Virus record (IMG/VR): IMGVR_UViG_3300020048_000087
Coordinates: 17,915-81,914 of that record
Origin: a virus
Lineage: Duplodnaviria > Caudoviricetes
Length of the DNA: 64,000 bases
Direction: 5' to 3' (one strand)
The notes under the pieces are model-generated. The model worked only from the letters and a program-made list of their open reading frames with translations. It ran no database searches and was not told the DNA's origin. This document shows positions 11,316-21,800 of this stretch, one piece after another. The number at the start of each line of letters is the position of its first letter. Position 1 is the stretch's first letter. Both the position numbers and the translations under genes were made by a program.

Positions 11316-12263
11316 TTAAAACTCGTCAGTGAACGAAATTGTCTCATTCAACTTCGCTTTTTGGTATTCAAGGGTTCTATTCTCAAAGAAATTCCCTTTA
11401 GTTTCTACCGCAATCTGTTCCATAAATTTGAAAGGTTGTTCAACATTGAATTCTTTACTACAACCTAACTTATATAAAAGACCATCCACTACAAATTCTA
11501 AATATTGTTTCATTAGGTTTTGGTTCATACCAATCAATGAAACAGGTAAAGATTCTGTTACAAATTCTAACTCAATTTCCAAAGCCGAAAGTAAAATTTC
11601 TTTGATACGTTTTTCACTTGGTCTGTCAACAATATGTTTGTTTAATAAGTGAATAGCGAAGTCACAATGAAGATTTTCGTCTTTAAAGATTAAGGAATTA
11701 GCATCACATAAACCCTGCATAATACCTCTTGATTTTAACCAAAATATCGAACAAAATGAACCTGAAAAAAATATTCCTTCAACCGCAACAAAAGCGATTA
11801 ATCTTTCTTGAAACGATGCGTTATCTATCCAATCCAACGCCCATTTAGCTTTCTTTTGAACTGCCGGTAATCTATCAATTGCGTGAAAACAATCGTCTTT
11901 ATCTTTACTATCTGAAATGTAAGTATCAATTAATAATGAGTAAGTTAATGAATGTTCATTTTCCATCATAACTTGAAACCCGTAGAAAAACTTAGCTTCA
12001 GGGATTTGTACTTCCCTCGCAAAATTTTCTGCGATATTTTCATTTACAATACCATCCGAAGCCGCAAAGAACGCTAAGATATTCTTAATGAAGTATCTTT
12101 CATTGTCAGATAAATTCTCCCAATCTCTAATATCTTCACTTAAATCAAATTCCTCAGCCGTCCAAAACGCTGCTTTATGGTTCGTATAGAATTCCCAAAT
12201 ATCGTGGTATTGTATTGGAAATACGACAAATCTGTCGGGGTTTGGCGCTAATAAGTATTCCAT
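11316..12263 (-). CDS. nrdB: Ribonucleoside-diphosphate reductase class Ia beta subunit
   Basis: [27 protein letters not shown] (radical Tyr), [20 protein letters not shown]. Confidence 0.97.
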   Translation of the reverse strand: MEYLLAPNPDRFVVFPIQYHDIWEFYTNHKAAFWTAEEFDLSEDIRDWENLSDNERYFIKNILAFFAASDGIVNENIAENFAREVQIPEAKFFYGFQVMMENEHSLTYSLLIDTYISDSKDKDDCFHAIDRLPAVQKKAKWALDWIDNASFQERLIAFVAVEGIFFSGSFCSIFWLKSRGIMQGLCDANSLIFKDENLHCDFAIHLLNKHIVDRPSEKRIKEILLSALEIELEFVTESLPVSLIGMNQNLMKQYLEFVVDGLLYKLGCSKEFNVEQPFKFMEQIAVETKGNFFENRTLEYQKAKLNETISFTDEF

Positions 12264-12265
12264 AA

Positions 12266-13660
12266 TTATTTATCGTTTTTCTTTTTTTGTTCTTCTCTCT
12301 CTTTTCGTTTATCTAACAACTCACGTACTTTATCACGTTGTTTTTGTTCGTTTTGTTCTTCAAGACCCAAGAATGTTACTGAAGTTTCAGTATCAATATC
12401 AATCATCCCATTATCAAACTTACAATTTTCAAATACAACCCCATCATCACCAATACGTGATTTAGTAATCGCAATTGTTGCTAATTTCATTTCTTTTTGT
12501 TGTAATGTCTTAGCCACCGAGATAATTACGTGACCAACTTGTGCTTTCTTAATAGAACCACCCATTTGGTCTGTAGTTACAACTTCCGCAGAGATTGAAC
12601 TTCTATTACCTTGGGTTGCCGTCCAACCTACCAAGTTTAATTCGTGACACATTGCCTCAAATGCTCTCATCACCGAACCTTCAGATTTCCACTCATCACC
12701 TAAATTTCTATCAGGTAACACACAATCAATATAATCTAAAGAAATCATATCAATTTTAATTCCATCAGCAATTAATTTTCTAACCTGATTTTTGATTTGT
12801 AACATCGTCATAGTATCTGAAGGTAATTTCTTTAAAATCAACTGATTTGGCATCGTTGTTTTAATCTCATTAACTTTAAGTAAGACCTCTTCTTTTCTCG
12901 TTGTTAACTCATCAGGATGTATTTTAGTCCACAATGTTATATGTTTTCTTTGAATAATTTTAGGATTATCCTCAAAGAATAATTGTAATACGTTATACCC
13001 TAAGTTAAACGCGTGATTAGTTATTTTTGTCATCAAAGTTGTTTTACCAACACCGGTAGGTGCCAATACAACCCCAATTTCACCTTTAGCCAAACCCCCT
13101 TTTAAGAGCTTATCTAACCCAGCAATACCCATTGGTATCGGATGTCTATAATCCTCGTCTAAAACACTTTCTAAATCAGAGAATACGTTAGTCATACCAT
13201 CTTCTCTTTCACCTACTTGTAAAGCAGTTCTAACTAATTGTTCTACCTTATCATAGTTTTCGAATTCACCCCCATCAATAATTTTTTGGGCTTTATTCAT
13301 TACTTTCTGTAACTCTTGTTGTTTACAGAACTTCATCGCTTTCTCTTGAACAAAGTCACTACCATCAATAGGAGCGTCTTTAATTTTACTAATTGTGTCG
13401 ATAACAATCTTAGATGCGGTTTCTTGTTGTAATTCCGACTTAGTAATTTGTTCCAACGTTTCAAATGTTGGTGTGTGTTCGTATTTAGAATAATACTCTC
13501 TAATCATCTGTATGATTAGTTTAAAGTATTTATTCTCAAAATAATTCACTTCAATCACATCAATAATCGACCTAGAAAAGTCTTTATCAATGATGATTTG
13601 ATTTAATAATTGTAGTTGGAAACTACTCCCTAAGTACTCGAAATTTTTATTTGAACTCAT
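12266..13660 (-). CDS. dnaB: Replicative DNA helicase (DnaB / T4 gp41-like)
   Basis: Walker [10 protein letters not shown], Walker [21 protein letters not shown]. Confidence 0.92.
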   Translation of the reverse strand: MSSNKNFEYLGSSFQLQLLNQIIIDKDFSRSIIDVIEVNYFENKYFKLIIQMIREYYSKYEHTPTFETLEQITKSELQQETASKIVIDTISKIKDAPIDGSDFVQEKAMKFCKQQELQKVMNKAQKIIDGGEFENYDKVEQLVRTALQVGEREDGMTNVFSDLESVLDEDYRHPIPMGIAGLDKLLKGGLAKGEIGVVLAPTGVGKTTLMTKITNHAFNLGYNVLQLFFEDNPKIIQRKHITLWTKIHPDELTTRKEEVLLKVNEIKTTMPNQLILKKLPSDTMTMLQIKNQVRKLIADGIKIDMISLDYIDCVLPDRNLGDEWKSEGSVMRAFEAMCHELNLVGWTATQGNRSSISAEVVTTDQMGGSIKKAQVGHVIISVAKTLQQKEMKLATIAITKSRIGDDGVVFENCKFDNGMIDIDTETSVTFLGLEEQNEQKQRDKVRELLDKRKEREEQKKKNDK

Positions 13661-13688
13661 ATTTTTAAAATTGATTTTTAAATAAATA

Positions 13689-14144
13689 TTACGAAACTAG
13701 ACTAACATTTAGGTATTCGTGTGATAAATTTTCAGATGAAAAAATGTCAGTTAATGACATAAGTAAGTTTTTTAGGTGTGGGCGTACATCCACAGTGTAT
13801 CTTATTTTTGGTGGGTATATTTTAGCGTCGATTTGACGATGAAAAATATTTACATCACCTTGTTTTATATAAACATTGAAGTACTCAGGACCATCAATAA
13901 ATGATGTATCTAAAACTGATGGGTTATTAGCAATTTCATATGTGTTATCTAACATATAAGTCACCGTTTTCATCTTCAATTGTCGTTCAAAATCAAATTT
14001 AAAATCTTTAATCAATTCATACAGGTCCGTAGAATTTTTAGCATTAGGATTAAAATCTCTAACATTAAAAAAACGTTGTACGATAATGTTATCATTAACC
14101 ATCATTAAAAATTCTAACTTTGTTGATTCGTGTTGTTCTCTCAT
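13689..14144 (-). CDS. Hypothetical protein, 151 aa
   Basis: Tightly packed ORF in the replication operon; no recognisable motif. Confidence 0.7.
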   Translation of the reverse strand: MREQHESTKLEFLMMVNDNIIVQRFFNVRDFNPNAKNSTDLYELIKDFKFDFERQLKMKTVTYMLDNTYEIANNPSVLDTSFIDGPEYFNVYIKQGDVNIFHRQIDAKIYPPKIRYTVDVRPHLKNLLMSLTDIFSSENLSHEYLNVSLVS

Positions 14145-14148
14145 AATT

Positions 14149-15150
14149 TTATTTATTAAACTTTCTTTTTTCTTTTCTTGTTAATTTTAAAAAGGGTGTT
14201 AAAAAATTCACCCAAGCGTTGTCACCTTTCGGTAGGAACTTGAAGAACCCATCTTCCATCATCAATTTGATAACATTCCTATGACCTCGACCATCAGGGT
14301 CTAAGGTTTCTGAATAATACTCCTGAACTATATTTTTTCCATCTTCTGTAATTAAAGGGTTTGACAAATCTACTATTTTTTCGTTAATAACAAAGAATTC
14401 TTCACCAAAGATACCACTTTTTGTTCTACCCGTTAAAAGATTTTGTAAAACTTTATTGTCTTTATCATCTTTGTGTAAAATCTCGGCCTTTTCTAAAATA
14501 TCGGTGAAATTAACCTCTTGGTCAAGTAGCTCAGGGAATAATTTAATTAACGTCTTATCCCCAAGGTAATATATACCATTAATATTGTCAGATTTATCAC
14601 CCGCAATTATCTTGTAAGTCTTAACGTTATAGTGGGGTAATTCAATCTCCTTAAACTTAATTTTATCACCAAGTTTATAGTATTGTTTCATATCAGGTAA
14701 GTACACTCTAACTTTATCAGAGATAAGTTGAGTTAAATCTCTATCACCTGAGAATATCGTTTTGTCTTCATCTGGTGATATTTGACAATAGTAAGCTATC
14801 AAATCATCAGCTTCGTTATTATCGACCAACACCTGTCTTATAAACAACTCTTCCAAGTATTGTTTAACACGTTCTTTTTGTTCGGCAATCGAATCTTGTT
14901 TGGTAATATCAAAAGGGGTCTTTCGATTTTCTTTATATTGTGGATATAAAAGTTTTCGAGCTGATGAATTATCATCACCATCCCAAAAAACCACGACTTT
15001 ATCAAAATTTTCAGTATCAATAAATCGTCTTAGTGTATTAATAAAATGCCACACACCGCCTATGTGTTTTCCGGAGTGAAAGAAATCTTTCACCCCGTGA
15101 ACACCAATTTTAATAAGGTTGTTTCCGTCAACCAATAAGGTTTTAGTCAT
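14149..15150 (-). CDS. 5'-3' exonuclease / flap endonuclease (T4 RNase H / PolA N-domain-like)
   Basis: LLVDGNN, VVFWDG, NEADDLIA, SGDRDLTQL, GDKSDNINGI (H3TH) motifs. Confidence 0.92.
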   Translation of the reverse strand: MTKTLLVDGNNLIKIGVHGVKDFFHSGKHIGGVWHFINTLRRFIDTENFDKVVVFWDGDDNSSARKLLYPQYKENRKTPFDITKQDSIAEQKERVKQYLEELFIRQVLVDNNEADDLIAYYCQISPDEDKTIFSGDRDLTQLISDKVRVYLPDMKQYYKLGDKIKFKEIELPHYNVKTYKIIAGDKSDNINGIYYLGDKTLIKLFPELLDQEVNFTDILEKAEILHKDDKDNKVLQNLLTGRTKSGIFGEEFFVINEKIVDLSNPLITEDGKNIVQEYYSETLDPDGRGHRNVIKLMMEDGFFKFLPKGDNAWVNFLTPFLKLTRKEKRKFNK

Positions 15151-15175
15151 TTTTTACCATTAAATGGTTCTACAA

Positions 15176-16177
15176 TCAATTCTCGAATTCTTCTTCTTCC
15201 GTTGGTACAAAAACTTCACTAAGTTTAAAATCTCCATCACCACCTAATTTTTTATTCCAATATTCAGAAAATTCTTTTTTATATTTCTCAATCGCCGTTT
15301 TATCATCTTTGATATAACCTTGAGGGACCGCCAATATTTTACCATCTTTATATGATAAACCATTAACGTGGTTCTTCAATATTGAGATTTTAGTTCTCGT
15401 CGCGTAAACAACCGTTCTATTATTTTTAGTTGCGGTAATGTGATTAATTCCCGCTTTCTTTTGATTACCAAATAAAAACACTAATGATGATGCTAGCCAT
15501 ATCGCTTCACCCCCTTTAGCCTTAATCTCAGGTTGCCCAAAAGGATTGTCAGGTAATTCCACCCAAGGTTGATTAATTATAATCATAGTGGCATAAAATG
15601 GAACATCTTCTTTTTTAGTTTTAGATATTCTCGCCGAAATACCCATACCTATTTTGTCGGCAAATGTTGCCGCATTATGTTGTTTACCACCTTTACCATC
15701 ATAAGTCATCTTACAAGGTATAGAACCCACAGAATCCCATAAAAATTGAACGTTATAAGGTATTTCACCTTTCTCTTGAGCATCTAAAATATCATTAACG
15801 AATTGTGTTGCTTGTTCAATGTAATCAAAACTATCATTGAAGATGAAATGTCCATCCCACTCACCGTCAGCGTTTTGAGTCGCCTCTAACCCTAATTCAA
15901 CCGCGTGTTCCCAATTCCATTTTCTTTCAGTAATAATAAATACAGGTAAATCCCCTTGTTTTTGAGCGTCAGCCGCAGCCAAAATCATAGCAGTTGTTTT
16001 AGACGAATTTGAGTGACCTAAAAACATATTAATATGTCCTTTACTTGGGCCAGGTAACCCACACGCTTCGGTAAACGCTTCACCACAATTGTAAAAACTC
16101 TCAGGTTTGTATTTAGTTTTAGTAGAAAACTTTCCTTTAATACTATCTAAATTAATTTCTTTTTTCTTTAAAGCCAT
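15176..16177 (-). CDS. recA: RecA/UvsX-like recombinase with a variant P-loop
   Basis: GHSNSSKTT (P-loop position), FLWDSVGS, IIINQ, KGGEAIW motifs. Confidence 0.85.
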   Translation of the reverse strand: MALKKKEINLDSIKGKFSTKTKYKPESFYNCGEAFTEACGLPGPSKGHINMFLGHSNSSKTTAMILAAADAQKQGDLPVFIITERKWNWEHAVELGLEATQNADGEWDGHFIFNDSFDYIEQATQFVNDILDAQEKGEIPYNVQFLWDSVGSIPCKMTYDGKGGKQHNAATFADKIGMGISARISKTKKEDVPFYATMIIINQPWVELPDNPFGQPEIKAKGGEAIWLASSLVFLFGNQKKAGINHITATKNNRTVVYATRTKISILKNHVNGLSYKDGKILAVPQGYIKDDKTAIEKYKKEFSEYWNKKLGGDGDFKLSEVFVPTEEEEFEN

Positions 16178-16856
16178 AATATTCTTTTATTTGTTCATAA
16201 TAATTATCGTCAAATTTTGGGTCTAAATCAATAATCCCTTCATTTTTTTCTTTTAATTTGTCAGCCCATTCATATTGTCGTATAATCGGTATATCATCCA
16301 TCCCCGAAATATGATAAGTTGACATACCCCACCTATAAATCATTGTTGGGGTATCTATAGATTCGTGTACACGTCCATTAAACTTGAAAGTAATGTCTAA
16401 GTCCTCACCAAAATTCTTATCGGGGAAAGTTATTCTATTTAAATAATCTTTAGAATAAACATTACCATTATTAACACTATTTTTAAAATCTATAAAGTTA
16501 TTATGTTCAAAATAAAAATGACTCGACCTTCTATATATTTCATATCCAGGATTTTCATTTATTTGTTTCTCGACATTTTTTAAACCATTTAAACTCAATA
16601 AATCATCGTCATCTAAACGATAAACATAATCATATTTACATTCTTTAAACCCCCATTCTATTTTTTTTGAAATGTTTTCAAAACGTTGGTTTAAATTTAT
16701 AATTTTTACTTTTGGGTGATTAAATCTGTATGTAACATTTGGTTCATCATTAATAATAACCATTTCACTCTCATCAAAATTTTGTAATAAAAAAGAATGA
16801 ATTGATTCTTCTAATAATCTTTTCCTACCGTACGTTAAGGTTAACACTGAAATCAT
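16152..16856 (-). CDS. Glycosyltransferase, GT2/GT-A fold (orphan, in the replication block)
   Basis: ISVLTLTYGR...SFLLQ, IINDE, RLDDDD (DxD) and GEDLD motifs. Confidence 0.85.
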   Translation of the reverse strand: MISVLTLTYGRKRLLEESIHSFLLQNFDESEMVIINDEPNVTYRFNHPKVKIINLNQRFENISKKIEWGFKECKYDYVYRLDDDDLLSLNGLKNVEKQINENPGYEIYRRSSHFYFEHNNFIDFKNSVNNGNVYSKDYLNRITFPDKNFGEDLDITFKFNGRVHESIDTPTMIYRWGMSTYHISGMDDIPIIRQYEWADKLKEKNEGIIDLDPKFDDNYYEQIKEYYGFKEKRN

Positions 16857-16869
16857 ATTGAAAGGGGAT

Positions 16870-16902
16870 AAAAAAAGGTACTGACTTTATCAATCAGTAC
16901 CT
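16870..16902 (-). terminator. Intrinsic terminator after the ssb gene
   Basis: AGGTACTGA/TCAGTACCT 9-bp inverted repeat with an A-run on the plus strand (T-run on minus). Confidence 0.8.
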
Positions 16903-16917
16903 ATTTATAGGGTCTTT

Positions 16918-17793
16918 TTAGAAAGGTAATTCTTCGTCTACCTCATCGTTAGCTTGAGGGTCAACAAGTACTTTTTTAGGTTCTTTCTCCACTTTCGGAC
17001 TTGAACCACCAAATGATTCCTCACCTGATGTATGATTACCATACACATACTTACCTTGGTCATTATCCCATTTAGGTGTCTCACCACGAGCAATTGCCTC
17101 CAAATACTCAACAGGTTTTTTAGAATAAACATCACTCCAAGTTAATTCATCATTAACCCAAAGATTTTTAGTTTGTTCATCTTCGTGAATCGGAGCCGGG
17201 TCATCATACATAACAGTTTGAATAACTGTGTATTCTTTACCTTTACCTTGGTTAGATTTCGCCTTAGTCATTTCAAGAATAAGGTCTCTACCTTTTTCAG
17301 ATTCAGTAATATCACCTTTGTTTCTCCAAATTGGGATGATTTTGTCTAAGATACCTTCATTTTTGTAATTATGTTTAAATCTCCAAAATTTAGGACCATC
17401 TTCCTCTTTATCACGGTCAATAACTTTAACGATGTAAAATTTACGTGATTTGTAGGTTTTTGCGAGTTCTTTATCACCATCAAGTGTTAACTCTTCGTGT
17501 ACCTCATTTAAAGGTGAACGTTCATTGTCGTTCATACCAGGGTCATATAACTTAATCCATTTCCCGTCGATAAACATTTCGTGGAACCACACTTCTTTAA
17601 AAGGTGATGAACCATCAGGTGTTGGGAGAATTCTTATTCTCTTAGAACCTTGTTTCTCGTTATCATTCAAGATTGCTGCGAAATATTTTTTCATTCGCTC
17701 ATCTTGACTCATTTTGTTCCCGTTAGAAGGGTAACTTCCTTGTTGTGCTTTCTCGTATTGAGCTAACACTGAATCTAATGTACTTGTCGCCAT
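16918..17793 (-). CDS. Single-stranded DNA-binding protein (T4 gp32-like)
   Basis: RIRILP...PFKEVWFH, KFYIVKVIDRD, acidic C-tail ending DEELPF. Position in the replication module fits. Confidence 0.85.
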   Translation of the reverse strand: MATSTLDSVLAQYEKAQQGSYPSNGNKMSQDERMKKYFAAILNDNEKQGSKRIRILPTPDGSSPFKEVWFHEMFIDGKWIKLYDPGMNDNERSPLNEVHEELTLDGDKELAKTYKSRKFYIVKVIDRDKEEDGPKFWRFKHNYKNEGILDKIIPIWRNKGDITESEKGRDLILEMTKAKSNQGKGKEYTVIQTVMYDDPAPIHEDEQTKNLWVNDELTWSDVYSKKPVEYLEAIARGETPKWDNDQGKYVYGNHTSGEESFGGSSPKVEKEPKKVLVDPQANDEVDEELPF

Positions 17794-17818
17794 AAAATTT
17801 AGTTTATTTGTTTATTAA

Positions 17819-17847
17819 AGTATAAGTCCGCCGTTTTGTTTTGTCAA
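17819..17847 (-). promoter_or_regulatory. Sigma70-type (early/middle) promoter of ssb
   Basis: Minus strand TTGACA-17 nt-TATACT, 25 nt upstream of the ATG. Confidence 0.75.
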
Positions 17848-17856
17848 ATTTTTTGG

Positions 17857-17888
17857 AAAAAAAAACTTGTCTTTTTTTTAAGACAAGT
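17857..17888 (-). terminator. Intrinsic terminator after the Pro-rich gene
   Basis: ACTTGTCTT/AAGACAAGT 9-bp stem with a long A-run on the plus strand. Confidence 0.75.
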
Positions 17889-17911
17889 AGTTTTCCATTA
17901 TATGTTACTAA

Positions 17912-18601
17912 TTAGTAATTCTTTTTAAAACCTTCTTCATCGTCATAATCTCTGAAAGTTTTTTGTATTTCATTAGGTGAAAAATCCGTCACATCATCTT
18001 TGGTTAAAACATATTCATTTTTTCCCGATTTTTCCATATCTTCTTGTTTATCAATAAAAAAATCGCTTAATTTCTGATTAAATGGTCCAGAATCTAAACT
18101 TCTTAATTCTAATTTCTCTTGAGGTGTTTTTTCTCTATATTTATCAACTTTAGCTTCAAGACTATTTAATTGATTAACAATATTATCCATTTCACCTAAT
18201 TTACTTTCTAAAGTATCTAAATGACTAAATAATTGCTCAAAATAATCTTCTTGTCGTTTTTCAACATTTTTTTGTGATTTAACTAAATCAGTAATGTCTA
18301 ATTCTTCCTTACCTGATTCGTCACCAACTTTTTCAACATCAGGGTCAGCCTCCACATCCACAGGTTGTGGTACTTCGCCAGCAGAAGGTGGTGGTGGAGG
18401 TGTTGCCCCTGCAGGTGGTGCCGCCATTGGGTCAGTAGGTGGTGCAGCCATTGGGTCATCACCTAATCCCGCCATTGGGTCCGCAGCCGGGTCACCCGGA
18501 GGTGGAGGTAACTCTTGTTCGTTAATATATTTATTAATCGAGTTAAACCTTGATAACTCCTCTAAAATTTTTTTATCAATATTCATAGTTTTGTTACCCA
18601 T
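17912..18601 (-). CDS. Pro-rich acidic hypothetical protein (possible internal head/scaffold-type protein)
   Basis: PPPP and DPMA repeats followed by a coiled-coil-like segment (FSHLDTLESKLGEMDNIVNQLNSLEAKV). Alternative start at 18586. Confidence 0.7.
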   Translation of the reverse strand: MGNKTMNIDKKILEELSRFNSINKYINEQELPPPPGDPAADPMAGLGDDPMAAPPTDPMAAPPAGATPPPPPSAGEVPQPVDVEADPDVEKVGDESGKEELDITDLVKSQKNVEKRQEDYFEQLFSHLDTLESKLGEMDNIVNQLNSLEAKVDKYREKTPQEKLELRSLDSGPFNQKLSDFFIDKQEDMEKSGKNEYVLTKDDVTDFSPNEIQKTFRDYDDEEGFKKNY

Positions 18602-18818
18602 TTAAAAGTTGTTTAACACCTGTTAGTGTTTCTACTTGTATTTTTTTATTTGTACTCATCGTATTGTCAACTCGTTCAATTAGACCATCTTTCATTCTAA
18701 TTGTATAACAACTACCAGTATCTAAATCACAAACCTCTTTGAATCCATTTCCCGCATCTTTTTCGGTGTGACGGGTACTTTTACCCAAATAATTATCTAA
18801 TATTAATTTCGTATTCAT
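18594..18818 (-). CDS. Small hypothetical protein, 74 aa
   Basis: Own upstream TATTTAT motif; overlaps the next gene by 8 nt; EVCDLDTGSCY. Confidence 0.7.
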   Translation of the reverse strand: MNTKLILDNYLGKSTRHTEKDAGNGFKEVCDLDTGSCYTIRMKDGLIERVDNTMSTNKKIQVETLTGVKQLLNG

Positions 18819-18865
18819 AATAGTTTCTTTCTATATAAATATCACCATAATAAAAAAAATTAGTA

Positions 18866-21800
18866 TTAGACATTAGCCGAGTTAAATAAATTAATCGAAC
18901 TTTCAACTTTACCAATAATATTATCTCTATCAGTCGTACTCATCGACATCCAATCAGTAACTTGAACACTACCATCGTTTGGTAAACGATTTAAAAACCA
19001 AAATTCCGCAATTGATGGTGATAATTGACCTGAACTATTTGCTATAACTTTAGACATTCTTTTTTCGTATCTTGAAATTAACATATCAATGTTTTTATCC
19101 ACAGAACTAAACACCGCATAAGGTAATAATGTCGTACCACCTCTTTTCATACAATAATATGATTTTTCAAAAGAATCTATGGGTCCCCAATCTCTTGATA
19201 AATCAACACCTGATAAATTATTTGAGAATCCATTACCATTACTTGATAAAAGTATTGACGCAAATACAACATATTTTAATTTATTATCATCAGTAACATT
19301 TGCACTCACCATTCTTGACATTATTTTAGTTACTAAATCTTTTGTGTTAACATTAGTTAATTCAGGTGTATCAACAGGTGTGTATTTTTTATACTTATCG
19401 GATAATAATTCAGAACAACTATTTGAATTTTCCAAAGTACCATCTTTACTTGTCGATGCCACGGCATTTTCTGCTTGATTTTGAGAAGTACCACCAACTG
19501 AATTGGCCATCGTTTTAATTGGGTCAGCATCTTGTTTTTGTTTATTTTTCTCAACAATTGACGCCAATAAATTAGTTTTTAATGATTGGATATAATTTCC
19601 AAGTTTCGGTAATGATGCCGTCGGTTGTCTAATACCTTCAATAATTGTTTCAAAAACACCAGGTCCGATTGTGTGATTAACCGATGTTATCATATAAGGT
19701 CCTTGGAACATTGGTACGTGTCTTAAATTGAAATACATCGTTGGTTGTATCAACGCATTCCCCATCATAGAAATAGTACAAGTATAACTTCTATTTTTAT
19801 AGATGTTAAATAATGATATATTTTGTGTCGCCGACGATTTACCATTTGCTTGGTTAGCCATCATATTTTCCACCTCTAAAGATTCCGCAGTTGGTTTACC
19901 ATTTTGTTGACCAACATTAAACCCATAAAATATTGATTGATTTTGAGGTCCAATATCAACATTAAACCCAACCACTTTATTCGATTTATCCCAATCCGTT
20001 TTTCCCATTTGATTTTCCAATAATGGATTATCACTAGATTTACGAATATCAAACGCATCGTCTCTAAATTTAAAATCAACGTTTTTAATATCTAATTGTT
20101 CACTCCCTTTACCACCATAAAAACAAACCATTTTAGCGGATGATGCTCGAGTATCCGCATTCATAAAAGTACCAAATAACGTATTTGCAAATTCTAACGT
20201 ACCTTCAGGTCTTGGGTTAGCATTTTTAACCGCATCCTGTACGTTATAAAAATTCACATATGCGGGTAAATCCATCACAACAAAATTATTATCCGATAAT
20301 ATTGTTTTAACAAACCCCAACATATCACCTTTAGCCCCGTCACCAAATAACGAATCTAAATTCGCCTTTAATTTATAGATATCAACAATAATTTTATCAC
20401 CGATATTTCTACTGGCCCTATCCATTAATAACACATCTTCAAAAAATGTTTTATTACTAACATCAGCACCAGCAATCCATTTATCATTTAATGATTTAAA
20501 ACTACTCCAATGGTCTAATTTACCTTGCGAACTTTCAAGAACAGAATCAACTATTTGTTGTGGTGTATTATTAACATTCGGTAAAGAGACTTGTAATCTT
20601 AACATTAAATTATTTAATGCTTTATCTAAGAATGAACTTGACGAAATTACATAATCATCCATTAACCCCCTAAAATTAGTTTCATTAAAATTCGATTTAG
20701 GGACAGGTTGTTTTATTAATTTTTTTGACCTTATTTTTTTTGAGACTATAGGATTTTCTTGAATACCTAAAGGTCCATAATGAGATATTATCAACTCATC
20801 AAATAATACTAAATCGTTTTGTTGATACGCTGAAGGTATTGAATCAATAAAAACATTATTCGGTCCAAACAATACCGCAGTTTTCTTTGGTCCAGGTCCT
20901 AAAAATATTTCAATAGTATTACCATCTTGTAAGATAGCCGTTGAGTTTTTATTTTGTGTTGACGGGGGTAGTGATGTATTACTAACCGTTTCTGTTAATT
21001 TTTGGGTCGCGTATACCTTAATAATCGGTGCGAATGTTTTAATATTGTACTCAGTAAACGCAACGTTAAAATCTAAAAAGAAATCCGTAATATATGAACC
21101 ATTATTACCATACATTAATGGACCAATTTCCGAATAACCAACATAGGTCTCAAGAGCTTTCCATTCATTAGGATAACTAACTTTAGATGACGCTAATGTT
21201 ACACTACCACCATAAGAAGGTAATGCGTTTGGTGTGACCGATTCATATTTTTCCCAAGTATAAGAGTCAGTTAAACTATAGTTAGAAAACGTATAAAATA
21301 ATCGTTTATCAAAATTAGAAGGATTACCATATTTTATATACACTGAGGAAGTTATGAATTTTTTTAAAACATTATTAATATTAGTCATTTGTTCCTTTTG
21401 AATTTTCTCTACAATGTCAGATGATGTATCTCCGGTTTGTTTTGGAGTTTTCATCATATCACCCATTAATTTTTGAAAATTCCATCCGTAATCTACTTTC
21501 TCATCAATATCATATTTTGATTTACAAAAATCTAAAAATTTAGTCTCAAACATATCCAAAATATTCGTTTCAAACACTGAAAACATTTCACTGATATCCG
21601 AATATTTTGTAACATTACCTTTAATAGAAAAGTTAGGTTGTACCGTACTACCCGTTAATATTTCTTTTAAATATTGTGTTGGATTAGGTTTCATAACCTT
21701 ACCACTATTAAAATACCCATAAGTTGGTGCTGCCCAAAATGTTCTTACAGAACCATTATACATTGAGGTGTTACCTGTAACCTCAATTCTCAAGTCTTCA

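Noticed and set aside
18294-18605. Plus-strand 103-aa Gly/Ser-rich ORF
   Set aside because: Antisense shadow of the Pro-rich gene.
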